Below, one piece after another: positions 1 to 11,839 of a DNA stretch of 64,000 bases. A program made the position numbers and the translations under genes. The stretch lies in contig DATCAT010000014.1 in assembly GCA_036512455.1 (NCBI GenBank), positions 157,205 to 221,204 on the forward strand. Direction: 5' to 3'. How positions within the stretch are numbered: the stretch's first letter is position 1; each line of letters starts with the position of its first letter. A model generated the notes under the pieces. It was not told the DNA's origin, did no database searches, and saw only the letters and a list, made by a program, of their open reading frames with translations. The stretch comes from Rhizomicrobium sp. (GTDB taxonomy: Bacteria > Pseudomonadota > Alphaproteobacteria > Micropepsales > Micropepsaceae).

Positions 1-2
1 AT

Positions 3-1055
3 CGCGCGCGGCGGCGGGCGATTGCGGCATTCAACGCGGAGAACACGGTTCTCAAGCGTGGTCTCGCGCTGACGCCGGTCAAGTTCGGCATCTCCTTCAC
101 GACAACGCATCTCAACCAGGCCGGCGCGCTGGTGCATGTCTATGCCGACGGTAGCGTGCATCTGAACCATGGCGGCACCGAGATGGGGCAGGGCCTGATG
201 ACCAAGGTCGCGCAGGTCGTCGCCGAGGAATTCCAGATCGATCTTGAGCATGTGAAGATCACCGCGACCACGACCGGCAAGGTGCCCAACACCTCGGCCA
301 CCGCCGCATCGGCTGGCGCGGACCTCAACGGCATGGCGGCGCAGGCCGCGGCACGCACGATCAAGGACCGGTTGATCGCCTTTGCCGCCGCCGAGTTCAA
401 ATGCGCCGCCGCGGATGTTTCTTTTCGCGACAATTATGTCGTCGCCGGCGCACATAGCGTGCGCTTTGCCGAGCTGGCGCGGGCCGCCCATCTCGGCCGC
501 GTCTCGCTGTCTTCGACCGGTTTCTACAAGACGCCGAAGATCCACTACGATCGCTCCCGGCATCGTGGCCGGCCGTTCTTCTATTTCGCCTACGGCGCGG
601 CGGTGTCCGAGGTCGCGATCGACACGCTGACCGGCGAGAACCGCGTGCTGCGCGTCGATCTGATCCACGACGTCGGCCGCTCGCTCAATCCGGCGCTCGA
701 TTTCGGTCAGATCGAAGGCGGCTTCGTCCAGGGCATGGGCTGGCTGACGACGGAAGAACTGGTGTTCGACGACAAGGGCCACCTGAAGACGCGCGCGCCT
801 TCGACCTACAAGATCCCGGCTTGCAGCGATCGTCCGCCGATCTTCAACATGGAATTGTGGCGGGGCGAGAACCGCGAGGACACGGTGCATCGCTCCAAGG
901 CGGTGGGCGAGCCGCCGCTGATGCTGGCGATTTCGGTGTTCTCGGCGCTGATCGACGCGGTTGCCAGCGTGGCGGATCATCGCGTCGAACCCGAACTGGA
1001 CGCACCGGCGACGCCGGAGCGCATCTTGCTCGCCGTCGAGAAGCTGCGCGCATGA
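3..1055 (+). CDS. xdhB: Xanthine dehydrogenase molybdopterin-binding subunit (5' end outside window)
   Basis: Frame is open from position 3. Moco-binding motifs HGGTEMGQGL, PNTSATAAS, GQIEGGFVQGMG, SKAVGEPP. Overlaps xdhC start (ATGA). Confidence 0.95.
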   Translation, partial: RARRRAIAAFNAENTVLKRGLALTPVKFGISFTTTHLNQAGALVHVYADGSVHLNHGGTEMGQGLMTKVAQVVAEEFQIDLEHVKITATTTGKVPNTSATAASAGADLNGMAAQAAARTIKDRLIAFAAAEFKCAAADVSFRDNYVVAGAHSVRFAELARAAHLGRVSLSSTGFYKTPKIHYDRSRHRGRPFFYFAYGAAVSEVAIDTLTGENRVLRVDLIHDVGRSLNPALDFGQIEGGFVQGMGWLTTEELVFDDKGHLKTRAPSTYKIPACSDRPPIFNMELWRGENREDTVHRSKAVGEPPLMLAISVFSALIDAVASVADHRVEPELDAPATPERILLAVEKLRA

Positions 1056-2068
1056 ACAATTGGTGGCAACAGGCAGCGGAGTTGGCGCGGCGGGGCGAGG
1101 CTTCGGTGCTCGTCACCATCTGTTCGGTCGCGGGCTCGGCGCCGCGCGAGACCGGCACCAAGATGCTCGTCTGGAACGACGGGCAAGACGGCACGGTCGG
1201 CGGCGGCAATCTGGAATTCACCATCGCCGACCAGGCGCGCAAGATGCTGGAGAATGGCGGCGCGCATCGTTTCCAATCCTATCCCCTTGGGCCTCTGCTC
1301 GGCCAATGCTGTGGCGGCCGTGTCGGCGTCCTGCTCGAACGCATCGATGGCGGCAGTGCCGCCTGGCTGGACGCGGTCCATGCCGCGGAAGAGGCCGGCC
1401 ATCCCTATGCGATCCATTCGTCTCTTGCGGAGGGTCGCATCGACAAACGCGTCGTTGATCTCGCCGGCATAGCCGAATTTCCCTGCGACGCCGCGCCGGT
1501 ACGTCTCACAGGCGGCGGCGGCAGACCGGTCGATCCCGGCAAAGCGTTCGACGCGAAAAGCCTGTCGATTGTCGAGCACGTCGATCCTCGGCCGCTGCTT
1601 GTCATGTTCGGCGCGGGCCATGTCGGCAAGGCGCTGGCGCCCATTGTCGCCACGCTGCCGTTCCGTCTCGCCTGGTTCGACAACCGCGTGGAGCTGGCGG
1701 GTTTCGACGTCACCATCGCCGCCGACCTCGTGGCCCAGGTGGACGCCACGCCGCGGGACGCGCTCTATCTCGTCTTCACGCAGAGCCACGCCGTCGATTA
1801 CGAGCTGACGCGGGCCATTCTTAAGCGCGCCGACTTCCGCTATTGCGGCCTGATCGGCTCGCGCACCAAGCGCGCACGGTTCGAAAAGCGCCTTCTGGAC
1901 GACGGCATTGCGCGCGCCATGCTCTCGCGCCTGGTTTGTCCCATCGGCAGCATCGGCCTGACCTCCAAGGCGCCGCAGGTTCTGGCCATCGCCATCGCGG
2001 CCGAGCTATTGTTGACCGTGCAATCCCGCGCCGCCGCGCGCGCGCCCAAGGCCGTTCATGGACGTTGA
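1052..2068 (+). CDS. xdhC: Xanthine dehydrogenase accessory protein XdhC
   Basis: ATG at 1052 overlaps the xdhB stop. GSAPRETGTKM, GTVGGGNLE, LGQCCGG and Rossmann FGAGHVG motifs. Confidence 0.93.
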   Translation: MNNWWQQAAELARRGEASVLVTICSVAGSAPRETGTKMLVWNDGQDGTVGGGNLEFTIADQARKMLENGGAHRFQSYPLGPLLGQCCGGRVGVLLERIDGGSAAWLDAVHAAEEAGHPYAIHSSLAEGRIDKRVVDLAGIAEFPCDAAPVRLTGGGGRPVDPGKAFDAKSLSIVEHVDPRPLLVMFGAGHVGKALAPIVATLPFRLAWFDNRVELAGFDVTIAADLVAQVDATPRDALYLVFTQSHAVDYELTRAILKRADFRYCGLIGSRTKRARFEKRLLDDGIARAMLSRLVCPIGSIGLTSKAPQVLAIAIAAELLLTVQSRAAARAPKAVHGR

Positions 2069-3242
2069 TATCGTACCCTGGCTGGAGCTTGCCCTGCGCT
2101 GGCTGCACGTCATCACCGGCATCGCCTGGATCGGCGCCTCGTTCTATTTCGTCTGGCTGGACGGCAACATCCGCAAGGTGGAGGGCGGCAATCCGCTCGT
2201 CGCCGGCGAGCTTTGGGCCGTGCATGGCGGCGGCTTCTATCACAATCAGAAATACCTGGTGGCGCCGGAACAGTTGCCGCCGCATCTGCACTGGTTCAAA
2301 TACGAGGCCTATTTCACCTGGATCAGCGGCTTCCTGCTGCTGGCGGTCATCTATTACTACGGCGCCAACGTTTTCCTGATCGACAAGGCGAAGCTGGCGC
2401 TTAACCCACCTGAGGCGATCGCCATCTCGCTCGCCTTCCTGGCCGGCGGCTGGTTCGTCTATGACGGGCTCTGCCGCTCGCCGCTGGGCAGGGACGGGCC
2501 GGTGTTCGGCGCGGCCTGGTTCCTGATCCTCACCGCCGCGGGCTTTGCCCTGACGCAAATCTTCAGCGACCGCGCCGCCTTCATCCATGTCGGCGCCATC
2601 GTCGGCACCGCGATGGTCGCCAACGTCTTCTTCGTCATCATTCCCAACCAGAAGAAAGTCGTCGCCGCGATGCTGGCCGGCCAGACGCCGGAGGCGCGGC
2701 TAGGCCTGCAGGCCAAGCAGCGCTCGCTGCACAACAACTACATGACCTTGCCGGTCCTGCTGATCATGATCAGCAATCACTATCCGATGCTCACCGGCAG
2801 CAAGATCAACTGGCTGGTGCTCGCGGCGCTGTCGCTCAGCGGCATCATGATCCGGCATGTCTTCAACCTGCGGCACAAGGGTGAACTGAACTGGCTCCTG
2901 GCGTTCGGCGCGGTGCTGGTGTTCGTCGCGACGATGGCGATTACGATCAGCGTGCAGCACGGTGCGCAGACGGCGCCGTCCGCGCCCGTTCCCTATGCCA
3001 CCGCGCGCGCGATCGTGGATCGCCATTGCGTCATGTGCCACAGCGCCCACCCGACGCATGCGGGCATCGCCACGGCGCCGGCCGGCCTCGACTTCACGCG
3101 CGACGACGTCGTCAAGAACAACGCCTCGCGCGTCCTGCTGCAGGCGGTGACCACCAAGGCCATGCCGCTCGGCAACGAGACCGGCATGACGGACGCGGAG
3201 CGCGCCCAGCTCGGCGCCTGGCTGCGCCAAGGTCCGCCATGA
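2058..3242 (+). CDS. puuD: Urate hydroxylase PuuD (DUF989 membrane domain plus C-terminal cytochrome c)
   Basis: RWLHVITGIAWIGASFYF, WAVHGGGFY, HWFKYEAYFTWISG, RSLHNNY; heme motif CVMCH; purine operon context. Confidence 0.9.
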   Translation: MDVDIVPWLELALRWLHVITGIAWIGASFYFVWLDGNIRKVEGGNPLVAGELWAVHGGGFYHNQKYLVAPEQLPPHLHWFKYEAYFTWISGFLLLAVIYYYGANVFLIDKAKLALNPPEAIAISLAFLAGGWFVYDGLCRSPLGRDGPVFGAAWFLILTAAGFALTQIFSDRAAFIHVGAIVGTAMVANVFFVIIPNQKKVVAAMLAGQTPEARLGLQAKQRSLHNNYMTLPVLLIMISNHYPMLTGSKINWLVLAALSLSGIMIRHVFNLRHKGELNWLLAFGAVLVFVATMAITISVQHGAQTAPSAPVPYATARAIVDRHCVMCHSAHPTHAGIATAPAGLDFTRDDVVKNNASRVLLQAVTTKAMPLGNETGMTDAERAQLGAWLRQGPP

Positions 3243-3739
3243 GCCGCATCCTGCGCCCCCAGACGCTGACGGCAGAGGCCTTCGCGCCGTTCGGCGATGT
3301 CATCGAAGCGCGCGGCGATCCGCTGGCGATCAACTATGGCGCGTCGCTGCGCTTTCACGACCTGGCGTCCGTCGACACGAGCGGCGAGGCGGGCCGGGCG
3401 ATCGTCAGCATCTTCCGCTCGACGCCGCCGTCCTATCCCTTCCTGCTGACGGTGATGGAAAACCATCCCGTCGCCAGCCAGGCCTTCATGCCGCTGAGCG
3501 GGCAGCCCTATCTCGTGGTCGTGGCGCCGGCAGGCCCGTTCGATCCGCAAGCGCTTCAAGCTTTCTTTGCCGCCCCGCACCAGGGCGTCAACTACCGCAA
3601 GGGCGTCTGGCATCACTACAGCCTCGCGGTCGGCGCGGTCAGCGACTTCCTGGTGATCGACCGCGAGGGTCCGGGCGACAATCTCGAAGAGGTCGCGCTC
3701 GGCGAAGCCGTCTTCGTCTCGCCGTCGGGCCGACTCTGA
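3239..3739 (+). CDS. allA: Ureidoglycolate lyase
   Basis: LTAEAFAPFGDVI, MENHPVASQAFMP, GVNYRKGVWHH. ATG overlaps the puuD stop. Confidence 0.9.
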   Translation: MSRILRPQTLTAEAFAPFGDVIEARGDPLAINYGASLRFHDLASVDTSGEAGRAIVSIFRSTPPSYPFLLTVMENHPVASQAFMPLSGQPYLVVVAPAGPFDPQALQAFFAAPHQGVNYRKGVWHHYSLAVGAVSDFLVIDREGPGDNLEEVALGEAVFVSPSGRL

Positions 3740-5021
3740 TGGCGCGCCAGGCCTATCGCGCAGCGGTCTTTCATCTCCTGCACGATCCCGCGGCCGGCGC
3801 GGCGCCGCTCGACGGCTATTTCGCCGATGGCGCCTTGCTGATCGAGGACGGCTTCGTCGTCCAAGCCGGCGCCTGGGCGGATATCGGGCCGAAACTCGGA
3901 TCCGATGTCGCCGTCACGCATTTTCCACAGGCCCTGATCGTTCCCGGCTTCGTCGACGCCCATGTCCACTATCCGCAGCTCGACGTCATCGCATCGCCGG
4001 CGACGCATCTCCTCGACTGGTTGAACAACCACACCTATCCCTCGGAGACGCGCTTCGCGGACCGCAAAGTCGCCGACGAAGCGGCGGGCTTCTTCCTCGA
4101 CGAATTGCTGCGTCACGGCACCACCTCGGCGCTGGTCTACGCCACCGTGCACAAGGCTTCGGTCGAGGCGCTGTTCGAAGCCGCGCTGGCGCGCAACATG
4201 CGCCTCGCCTCCGGCAAGGTGCTGATGGACCGCCACGCACCGGACGGCCTGCGCGACAACGCAGAAACCGGTTATCGCGACAGCCGCGATCTCATCCGCG
4301 CCTGGCACGGCAAGGGGCGGCTCTCCTACGCCGTCACGCCGCGCTTTGCGGTGACGTCGACGCCGGCGCAACTCGAAAGCGCGGGCCGCCTGCTCAAGGA
4401 AAATCCCGGCGTCCTGCTGCACACCCATCTTGCGGAGAACCACGAAGAGATCGCCGAAGTCCGCCGCCTGTTTCCCGATTGCGCCGATTATCTCGGCGTC
4501 TACGAGAAATTCGGCCTGGCGACGAACCGGTCCGTCTTCGCGCATTGCCTGCACCTCTCCGACAGCGAGTGGCAGCGCATGGGCAAGAACGGCTGCGCCG
4601 CCGCGTTTTGTCCGACATCGAACCTGTTCCTCGGCAGCGGCCTGTTCGATGCCGCGAAGGCGTATCACAACCAGGTCTGCACCGGCCTCGGCAGCGATGT
4701 CGGCGGCGGCACGAGTCTGTCGCTGCTGCAGACGATGAACGAGGCGTTCAAGGTCGGCCAGCTGCGCCGGCACATGCTCGATCCGTTCCAGCTCTTTTAT
4801 CTGGCGACGCTGGGCGGCGCGAAAGCCTTGAAGCTGGACGCCCAGATCGGCAATTTCGCGCCCGGCAAGGAGGCCGATTTCGTCGTGCTCGATCTGGCGG
4901 CGACGCCGCTGCTGGCGCGGCGCATCGCGGTTTCGTCTTCGCCGGCCGAGCAGCTCTTCGCGCTCGCCATGCTGGGCGACGATCGCGCCGTCGCGCATAC
5001 CTACATTGCCGGCGCGTGTGC

Positions 5022-5037
<16 letters not shown>
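3739..5037 (+). CDS. guaD: Guanine deaminase
   Basis: [46 protein letters not shown]. Confidence 0.95.
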
Positions 5038-5647
<610 letters not shown>

Positions 5648-5651
<4 letters not shown>

Positions 5652-6307
5652 GAGCGAAACAGCCTCGTATATTGGGTTTCGTGTTGGATCGACGTCCATT
5701 CGACGACCGGCGCTGCCGAGCCGACATCGCGGGTATCGCGGCGCAGCGCGTCATCCGCCGCCGCGATGACCGCCGGCTGCAACGCCGCGAGCACGCGCTG
5801 TCCCGCTGTCTGTCCGAGCGGAATGGTGCGGATGCCGGCGGAAATCAAATTGCTCACCACCGCGTGGAAGAACGCGATCAGCGCCGGCCTGAGCGGCACG
5901 CCCGATGAAGCGGCGGCAATGCCGACGGCGGAAGGGTAGGGCACCCATCCCTCCGGCAGAGCCACCGCGCCCCACGCGGCGCGGAACGCCGTCATGAAGG
6001 CTTGGCCCTGCGCCTTGTGTTCGAGCTCGAACTCCAGCGTCGGCACGAAGGCACGGGCTTCTTCCAGGGCATCCGCCAGCGCGGCGCGATCCTTTGCTTC
6101 GTAGGCGGCGCGCAGCATCGCGCCGTTTACCGGACCGAACTCATGCGCCAGTCCGCTCGCGATCCAGCCGCGCAGGCTGTCCTCGTCGCGCACCAGTTCC
6201 GCTTCGACGGCGTATTCGATGCCGTGCGAATAGCTGAAGGCGCCGACCGGAAAGGACGGCGACAGCCAGCTCATCAGCCGGTAGAGCGCGTCGCCGTCAG
6301 TGGTCAT
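5648..6307 (-). CDS. ureF: Urease accessory protein UreF
   Basis: [16 protein letters not shown] at the N-terminus, [11 protein letters not shown] at the C-terminus. Start taken at MTTDGD (6307). Confidence 0.95.
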
Positions 6308-6779
6308 GATCGTGTCCGTGATGATGCGCATGGCCGGTCGCTTCGGCGCTGTAAGCACCGCCCTCGGGCGAGAACGGCGCTTGGCGGCGATGCACATGTG
6401 CGCCGAGACCTTCGATCATCTCGACAAGGACATGATCGTCGCGGATGCGCAGGGAGCCATTGTCCAGCACCTGCACCGGAATATGCCGGTTGCCGATGTG
6501 CCAGGCGATGCGTGCGGTTTCGGCGGCCGAATGCGTGTCAATGTCGGCCACCGGCTCGTCGGCGGCGATGACGGCCAAGACGCCGCCGCCCTCCAGCGCC
6601 AGACCTTCGCCGTGCTGCAGGATGCGCGGCTTATCCAGGTCGAGCAGGAAGGCGTTGCCTGCCGAGTCCGTCAGCCGCGTCCTGCGGCGGTAGCGGTCGT
6701 CGAAGGTCAGCAGCACCGAACCCGCGCCGTCCTTCGCGTTCCACGTCCCGGGGGCCAGAACTTTCGTCGCGCGTTTCAT
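6297..6779 (-). CDS. ureE: Urease accessory Ni-chaperone UreE
   Basis: AWHIGNRHIP, PFSPEGGAY and His-rich tail [11 protein letters not shown]. Confidence 0.95.
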   Translation of the reverse strand: MKRATKVLAPGTWNAKDGAGSVLLTFDDRYRRRTRLTDSAGNAFLLDLDKPRILQHGEGLALEGGGVLAVIAADEPVADIDTHSAAETARIAWHIGNRHIPVQVLDNGSLRIRDDHVLVEMIEGLGAHVHRRQAPFSPEGGAYSAEATGHAHHHGHDHDH

Positions 6780-6781
6780 CG

Positions 6782-8491
6782 TCAGAACAGGAAGTAGCGC
6801 TGCGCCAGCGGCAGGACGCTGGCCGGTTCGCAGGTCAGAAGCACGCCGTCGGCGCGCACCTCATAGGTTTCGGGATCGACTTCGATTCGGGGCGTGGCGC
6901 CGTTCAGCACCATGTCCGTCTTGCGCACCGTCCGCGTTCCCGACACCGCGATGGTCTGGCGGTGGAGGCCAAGTTTGCTGCGAATACCGGCATCCTGCGC
7001 CGCTTTCGACACGAAGGTGAAATTGCTTGCCGCGCCGGCGCCGCCGAAAGCGGCGAACATCGGCCGGTAATGCACCGGCTGCGGCGTCGGGATCGAGGCG
7101 TTGGGATCGCCCATGGCGGCTGAGGCGATCATGCCGGCCTTCAGCACCAGGTCCGGCTTCACGCCGAAGAACATCGGCTTCCACAACACCAGATCGGCGA
7201 TCTTGCCGACCGCGATCGAGCCGACATGCGCCGCGATGCCGTGCGTGATCGCCGGATTGATGGTGTATTTGGCGATGTAGCGCCTGACGCGGAGATTGTC
7301 GTTGTCGCCTTTCTCCTCGGGCAGCCGGCCGCGCTGCTTGCGCATCTTGTCGGCGGTCTGCCAGGTGCGGATCAGCACTTCGCCGACCCGGCCCATCGCC
7401 TGGCTGTCGGACGAGATCATCGAGAAGGCGCCGATGTCGTGCAGGATGTCTTCCGCCGCGATGGTTTCCTTGCGGATGCGGCTCTCGGCGAAGGCGACAT
7501 CCTCCGGAATGCGGCGGTCGAGATGGTGGCAGACCATCAGCATGTCGAGATGCTCGTCGATCGTGTTCACGGTGTAGGGCCGCGTCGGATTGGTGCTGGA
7601 CGGCAGCACGTTCATTTCTCCGGCGAGCTTGATCACGTCCGGCGCATGGCCGCCGCCGGCGCCTTCGGTGTGGAAGGCATGGATCGTGCGGCCGGCGATG
7701 GCCGCGATGGTGTCGGCGATGAAGCCGCTCTCGTTCAGCGTGTCGGTGTGGATCGCGACGCCGACATCCATGCGGTCGGCGACGTTCAGGCAATTGTCGA
7801 TGGCGGCGGGCGTGGTGCCCCAATCCTCGTGCAGTTTGAGCGCGCAGACGCCGGCTTCGATTTGTTCGATCAGGCCCTGGGGTTGCGAAGCATTGCCCTT
7901 GCCGAATAGGCCGATATTGACCGGCATGCCGTCCGCCGCCTGCAGCATGCGCGCGATATGCCACGGCCCCGGCGTGCAGGTGGTGGCGCTGGTGCCTTCC
8001 GCCGGCCCGGTGCCGCCGCCGAGCATGGTGGTGACGCCGGAGGCAATGGCGTCGTCGGCCTGCTGCGGGCAGATCCAGTGGATATGCGCGTCGATGGCGC
8101 CGGCGGTGAGAATGCGGCCTTCGCCGGCGATGATCTCCGTGCCCGGCCCGATCACGATGTCGACGCCCGGCTGGACGTCGGGATTGCCCGCCTTGCCGAT
8201 GGCGGCGATGCGTCCGTCTTTCAGCGCGACGTCGGCCTTGACGATGCCCCAGTGGTCGACGATCAGCGCATTGGTGATCACCGTGTCGACGGAGCCCTGC
8301 ACGCGGCTGCGCTGGCTTTGCCCCATGCCGTCGCGGATCACCTTGCCACCGCCGAATTTCACCTCCTCGCCATAGATCGTCCTGTCGGCCTCGACCTCGA
8401 TGATGAGATCGGTGTCGGCGAGGCGCACACGGTCGCCGGTCGTGGGGCCGTAGATGCGGGCATAGGCTGCGCGGTCGATGGTGAAGGCCAT
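6782..8491 (-). CDS. ureC: Urease subunit alpha
   Basis: [58 protein letters not shown] at 8491 overlaps the ureB stop. Confidence 0.99.
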   Translation of the reverse strand: MAFTIDRAAYARIYGPTTGDRVRLADTDLIIEVEADRTIYGEEVKFGGGKVIRDGMGQSQRSRVQGSVDTVITNALIVDHWGIVKADVALKDGRIAAIGKAGNPDVQPGVDIVIGPGTEIIAGEGRILTAGAIDAHIHWICPQQADDAIASGVTTMLGGGTGPAEGTSATTCTPGPWHIARMLQAADGMPVNIGLFGKGNASQPQGLIEQIEAGVCALKLHEDWGTTPAAIDNCLNVADRMDVGVAIHTDTLNESGFIADTIAAIAGRTIHAFHTEGAGGGHAPDVIKLAGEMNVLPSSTNPTRPYTVNTIDEHLDMLMVCHHLDRRIPEDVAFAESRIRKETIAAEDILHDIGAFSMISSDSQAMGRVGEVLIRTWQTADKMRKQRGRLPEEKGDNDNLRVRRYIAKYTINPAITHGIAAHVGSIAVGKIADLVLWKPMFFGVKPDLVLKAGMIASAAMGDPNASIPTPQPVHYRPMFAAFGGAGAASNFTFVSKAAQDAGIRSKLGLHRQTIAVSGTRTVRKTDMVLNGATPRIEVDPETYEVRADGVLLTCEPASVLPLAQRYFLF

Positions 8492-8799
8492 CACAGCGCT
8501 CCGTTCACACGGCCCTTAAAGCCGTGAATGGTGCGCGAGCCCGCATAGGGCACCAGCGTCACCTCGCGTTCCTGTCCGGGTTCGAAGCGCACCGCGGTGC
8601 CCGCCGGCACGTCGAGCCGCATGCCTTTGGTCTTGTCGCGGTCGAACACCAACGCGTCGTTCACTTCGAAGAAGTGATAATGCGAGCCGACCTGCACCGG
8701 CCGGTCGCCGCTGTTGGAAACCTTGAGCGTCAGCGTTGGGCGCCCCTCATTGAGGATGAGCGCGCCGGCGGCGGGAAGGATTTCTCCGGGGATCATCAT
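8491..8799 (-). CDS. ureB: Urease subunit beta
   Basis: [37 protein letters not shown]. Confidence 0.98.
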   Translation of the reverse strand: MMIPGEILPAAGALILNEGRPTLTLKVSNSGDRPVQVGSHYHFFEVNDALVFDRDKTKGMRLDVPAGTAVRFEPGQEREVTLVPYAGSRTIHGFKGRVNGAL

Positions 8800-8803
8800 C
8801 GCC

Positions 8804-9106
8804 TCAGCGGATGGGGTTGTGAACGGTGACGAGCTTCACGCCGTCCGGGAATGTCGCTTCGACCTGCACTTCGTGGATCATCTCGGCGATGCCGTCCATG
8901 ACCTGGTCGCGGGTGAGAACGCCGGCTCCTTCGGCCATCAGAGCGGCGACGCTCTTGCCGTCGCGCGCGCCTTCGACGACGAAGTCGCAGATCAGCGCGA
9001 TGGCCTCGGGATAGTTCAGCTTGACGCCGCGCTCCAGGCGGCGGCGCGCCACCATCGCGGCCGTGGCGATCAACAGCTTGTCCTTTTCGCGCGGCGTCAG
9101 ATGCAT
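8804..9106 (-). CDS. ureA: Urease subunit gamma
   Basis: [36 protein letters not shown]. Confidence 0.98.
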   Translation of the reverse strand: MHLTPREKDKLLIATAAMVARRRLERGVKLNYPEAIALICDFVVEGARDGKSVAALMAEGAGVLTRDQVMDGIAEMIHEVQVEATFPDGVKLVTVHNPIR

Positions 9107-9110
9107 GGCG

Positions 9111-10007
9111 TCAAATGCTCCAAAGGCGCGGCATCACCGGCGGCAGGCCCGCCGCGGCCGCGCGCAGGCCGCACCAGATTTTCGCGAAGGCGTCGCGCAA
9201 TTCGAGCGTGTTGCCGCCAATGAAGCGCACGATCAGCAGGTCGCGGAACGACGTCGCCCCGATGCGCAGGCCTGCGCCGGCGACGTCCGCCGCGATCGCG
9301 CGCGCGAGCCTAAGAAATTGCGCCGCCGTCGCGCCGGCATAGATCAGCGAACCGTACGCCGCCGCGCCATCGAACGTCGCCTTCTGTGTCAGCAATCTGT
9401 CGATGTCGCCTTCCATGTGCAGGGCATCCTTCCAAACCAGTTCGCCGGATGGGCCGCGAAATTCCCAGGCGTCGTGGACAAGGCCGGCGCTCATTTTCTC
9501 GCAGCGCGCGGTTCGCCCGAAGACCACGATCCCGCCGCCGAGGAAGCGGGCGCCGTCGTCCAGACGCACCTGCGTCCGGCGCCGCAGCCGCGCGGCATCG
9601 AACAGGATGGTCTCCTGCGGCAGATATTCCAGCCACGCATCGCGCCCGGCGCGCAACGCCGTCTCGACGAGGCAATCGGGCCCGAGCGAGCGATAGACTT
9701 TCTCCGCCGCCTGTCCGATCACCGTCGCCTGCGCGCCGTCGCCGAGCGCCACGCCGATGTCCAGCCGGTCGCCGCCGACCAAGCCGCCGGAGACGCAGGC
9801 GATCGCCGCCTGAAAAATGTCGCCGCGCGTCTGATACGGAAACAGGACGCGCAACGGTTGCGCCTGATACAGATCGGCCAGGCGCGTGGAACCATCGGGC
9901 GCGCGCCGGAGCGCAAGGCGGACCTCGCCGCCGCGTGGCGCGGCGACAGGCGTCTTCGTCCACGGCCCATAGGCGACATTGCCGACGGTGTTTTCGCTGG
10001 CGCGCAT
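9111..10007 (-). CDS. ureD: Urease accessory protein UreD
   Basis: [30 protein letters not shown]. First gene of the ure operon. Confidence 0.93.
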   Translation of the reverse strand: MRASENTVGNVAYGPWTKTPVAAPRGGEVRLALRRAPDGSTRLADLYQAQPLRVLFPYQTRGDIFQAAIACVSGGLVGGDRLDIGVALGDGAQATVIGQAAEKVYRSLGPDCLVETALRAGRDAWLEYLPQETILFDAARLRRRTQVRLDDGARFLGGGIVVFGRTARCEKMSAGLVHDAWEFRGPSGELVWKDALHMEGDIDRLLTQKATFDGAAAYGSLIYAGATAAQFLRLARAIAADVAGAGLRIGATSFRDLLIVRFIGGNTLELRDAFAKIWCGLRAAAAGLPPVMPRLWSI

Positions 10008-10116
10008 GCGTCAACGGTAGTGGAGGGCGCCTGGCCTGACAACGCCGCGCCGCGCGGGCAGCGTGACCAATTCTTGGGCACTCGACTTTTGCGCTTGCCC
10101 GAAATAACAAATTGGG

Positions 10117-11139
10117 ATGACAGACCACCGCGGCTTCATCGCCGGCCTGCCCAAGGCCGAACTGCACATGCATCTGGAAGGCAGCCTGGAGCCCGAGCTG
10201 ATGTTCGCGCTGGCCCGGCGCAACAAAATCGCCATTCCGTTCAAGAGCGTGGAGGACATCCGCGCCGCTTATAGTTTCACCAACCTGCAGGACTTCCTCG
10301 ACATCTACTACCAGGGCGCCGCCGTGTTGCGCGGCGCGCAAGATTTCTTCGACCTCACCGATGCATACCTCACACGCGTCGCCGCCGACGGCGCGCGGCA
10401 TGTCGAGCTGTTCTTCGATCCGCAAACGCATACCGCGCGCGGCATTCCGTTTTCCGTCGTCGCCGACGGGATGCTCGGCGCGCTGGCAGAGGCGGAAAAG
10501 AAACACGGCGTCACCGCGAAATTGATCCTCTGCTTCCTGCGCCATCTCGACGAGGACGATGCGCTTAAGACGCTGAAATCCGCCGAGCCTTATCTCGACC
10601 GCATCGCCGGCGTCGGATTGGATTCCTCGGAACTGGGTCATCCGCCGTCCAAGTTCAAGAATGTCTACAAGGCGGCGCACGAGCGCGGGCTCAAGCTCGT
10701 CGGCCATGCCGGCGAGGAGGGGCCGCCGGACTATGTCTACGAAGCGCTCGATGTGCTTCGCATCGATCGCCTCGATCACGGCAACCGCTCGCTGGAGGAT
10801 GCGGCGCTGGTCGCGCGCCTGGTACGCGCGCAGATGACGCTCACAGTCTGTCCGCTGTCGAATTTGAAACTCTGCGTCGTCAACGACATGAAGAACCATC
10901 CCTTGAAGCGCATGCTCGATCTGGGCCTGCGCGCCACCATCAATTCCGACGACCCGGCCTATTTCGGCGGCTATCTCAACGACAATTACAACGCGGTGGC
11001 GGACGCGTTGTCGCTGACGCGCGCGGAAGTGGTCACGCTGGCGAAAAACAGTTTCCTTGGATCGTTTCTTGGCGAGCCGGAAAAGGCGCGCCACGTCGCG
11101 GCCGTCGATGCGTATGCGACGGCGAATGGCGGCTTGTGA
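10117..11139 (+). CDS. add: Adenine/adenosine deaminase (ADA family; probably adenine-specific)
   Basis: PKAELHMHLEGSLEP, GLDSSELGHPP, HAGEEGP, TVCPLSN, NSDDPAYFGG. Confidence 0.9.
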   Translation: MTDHRGFIAGLPKAELHMHLEGSLEPELMFALARRNKIAIPFKSVEDIRAAYSFTNLQDFLDIYYQGAAVLRGAQDFFDLTDAYLTRVAADGARHVELFFDPQTHTARGIPFSVVADGMLGALAEAEKKHGVTAKLILCFLRHLDEDDALKTLKSAEPYLDRIAGVGLDSSELGHPPSKFKNVYKAAHERGLKLVGHAGEEGPPDYVYEALDVLRIDRLDHGNRSLEDAALVARLVRAQMTLTVCPLSNLKLCVVNDMKNHPLKRMLDLGLRATINSDDPAYFGGYLNDNYNAVADALSLTRAEVVTLAKNSFLGSFLGEPEKARHVAAVDAYATANGGL

Positions 11140-11265
11140 TTGTTTGTGCTGCGCATGGCTGACTCCGTTTTTCGCGTGTTGAAGCGCACGCCGGAAAAAT
11201 CGGCGGGGCGCTTCGAACAGACCTGTGGGGATTTACGGGAGATGGGGTTTGGACCGACTCGGTTC

Positions 11266-11284
11266 AAGGGGTCGGTGCTGGCCG
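11266..11284. repeat. Left target-site duplication (AAGGGGTC) plus left terminal inverted repeat
   Basis: Read directly from sequence; matches the right end. Confidence 0.88.
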
Positions 11285-11341
11285 AATTAGGCCACTCTGC
11301 ATTCAAATTGAGCCACTCGTAGCGAAACGATTCGTACCACG

Positions 11342-11839
11342 CTACCGCGTCTGACCTGTATCAGGGCTAGGCGCGCCCGGTGCTTCATCTGCCGATGGTA
11401 CCGACGTGTCTGGCAAATCGAGTCTCTTGAAAAAATCGTTGTTACAGATTTGACCAACGTATGGGACAAAGCCGTCTCTCGCACCGGGTGCGCCGTTGAC
11501 AACACCTTCGAGCTTGGCATCAACGATCATCGAATTGCCGTTGTGCAGCGTTATCGTGAGATAGCAAATTGCAGTCACGTAGCAGTTGGGTTGGGTGAGA
11601 CAATCAACTGATTCGTAACGGACGAACTGGGAGCCGCCCACAGTCGTTGTTTGTGGCATTCCGAGCGTTGCTGTAATCGTGTCTATACTTTTCCCAACTA
11701 GAAGCGGCCCGACAACGGGATAAGACTCGATTGGACGTTCCTGTGTAAGGCGAGCTTGCACGATAGATGCGCAGGCTGACAGAAACGAAAGAGCGACCAA
11801 AGATGAAAGCATAATCTGTATGAGAGGGTTTCTTATCAT
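11342..11839 (-). CDS. Hypothetical lipoprotein (IS passenger)
   Basis: Hydrophobic signal ending in lipobox-like LSAC. Three further Cys. ATG directly abuts the upstream TGA (TGAATG). Confidence 0.65.
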   Translation of the reverse strand: MIRNPLIQIMLSSLVALSFLSACASIVQARLTQERPIESYPVVGPLLVGKSIDTITATLGMPQTTTVGGSQFVRYESVDCLTQPNCYVTAICYLTITLHNGNSMIVDAKLEGVVNGAPGARDGFVPYVGQICNNDFFKRLDLPDTSVPSADEAPGAPSPDTGQTR

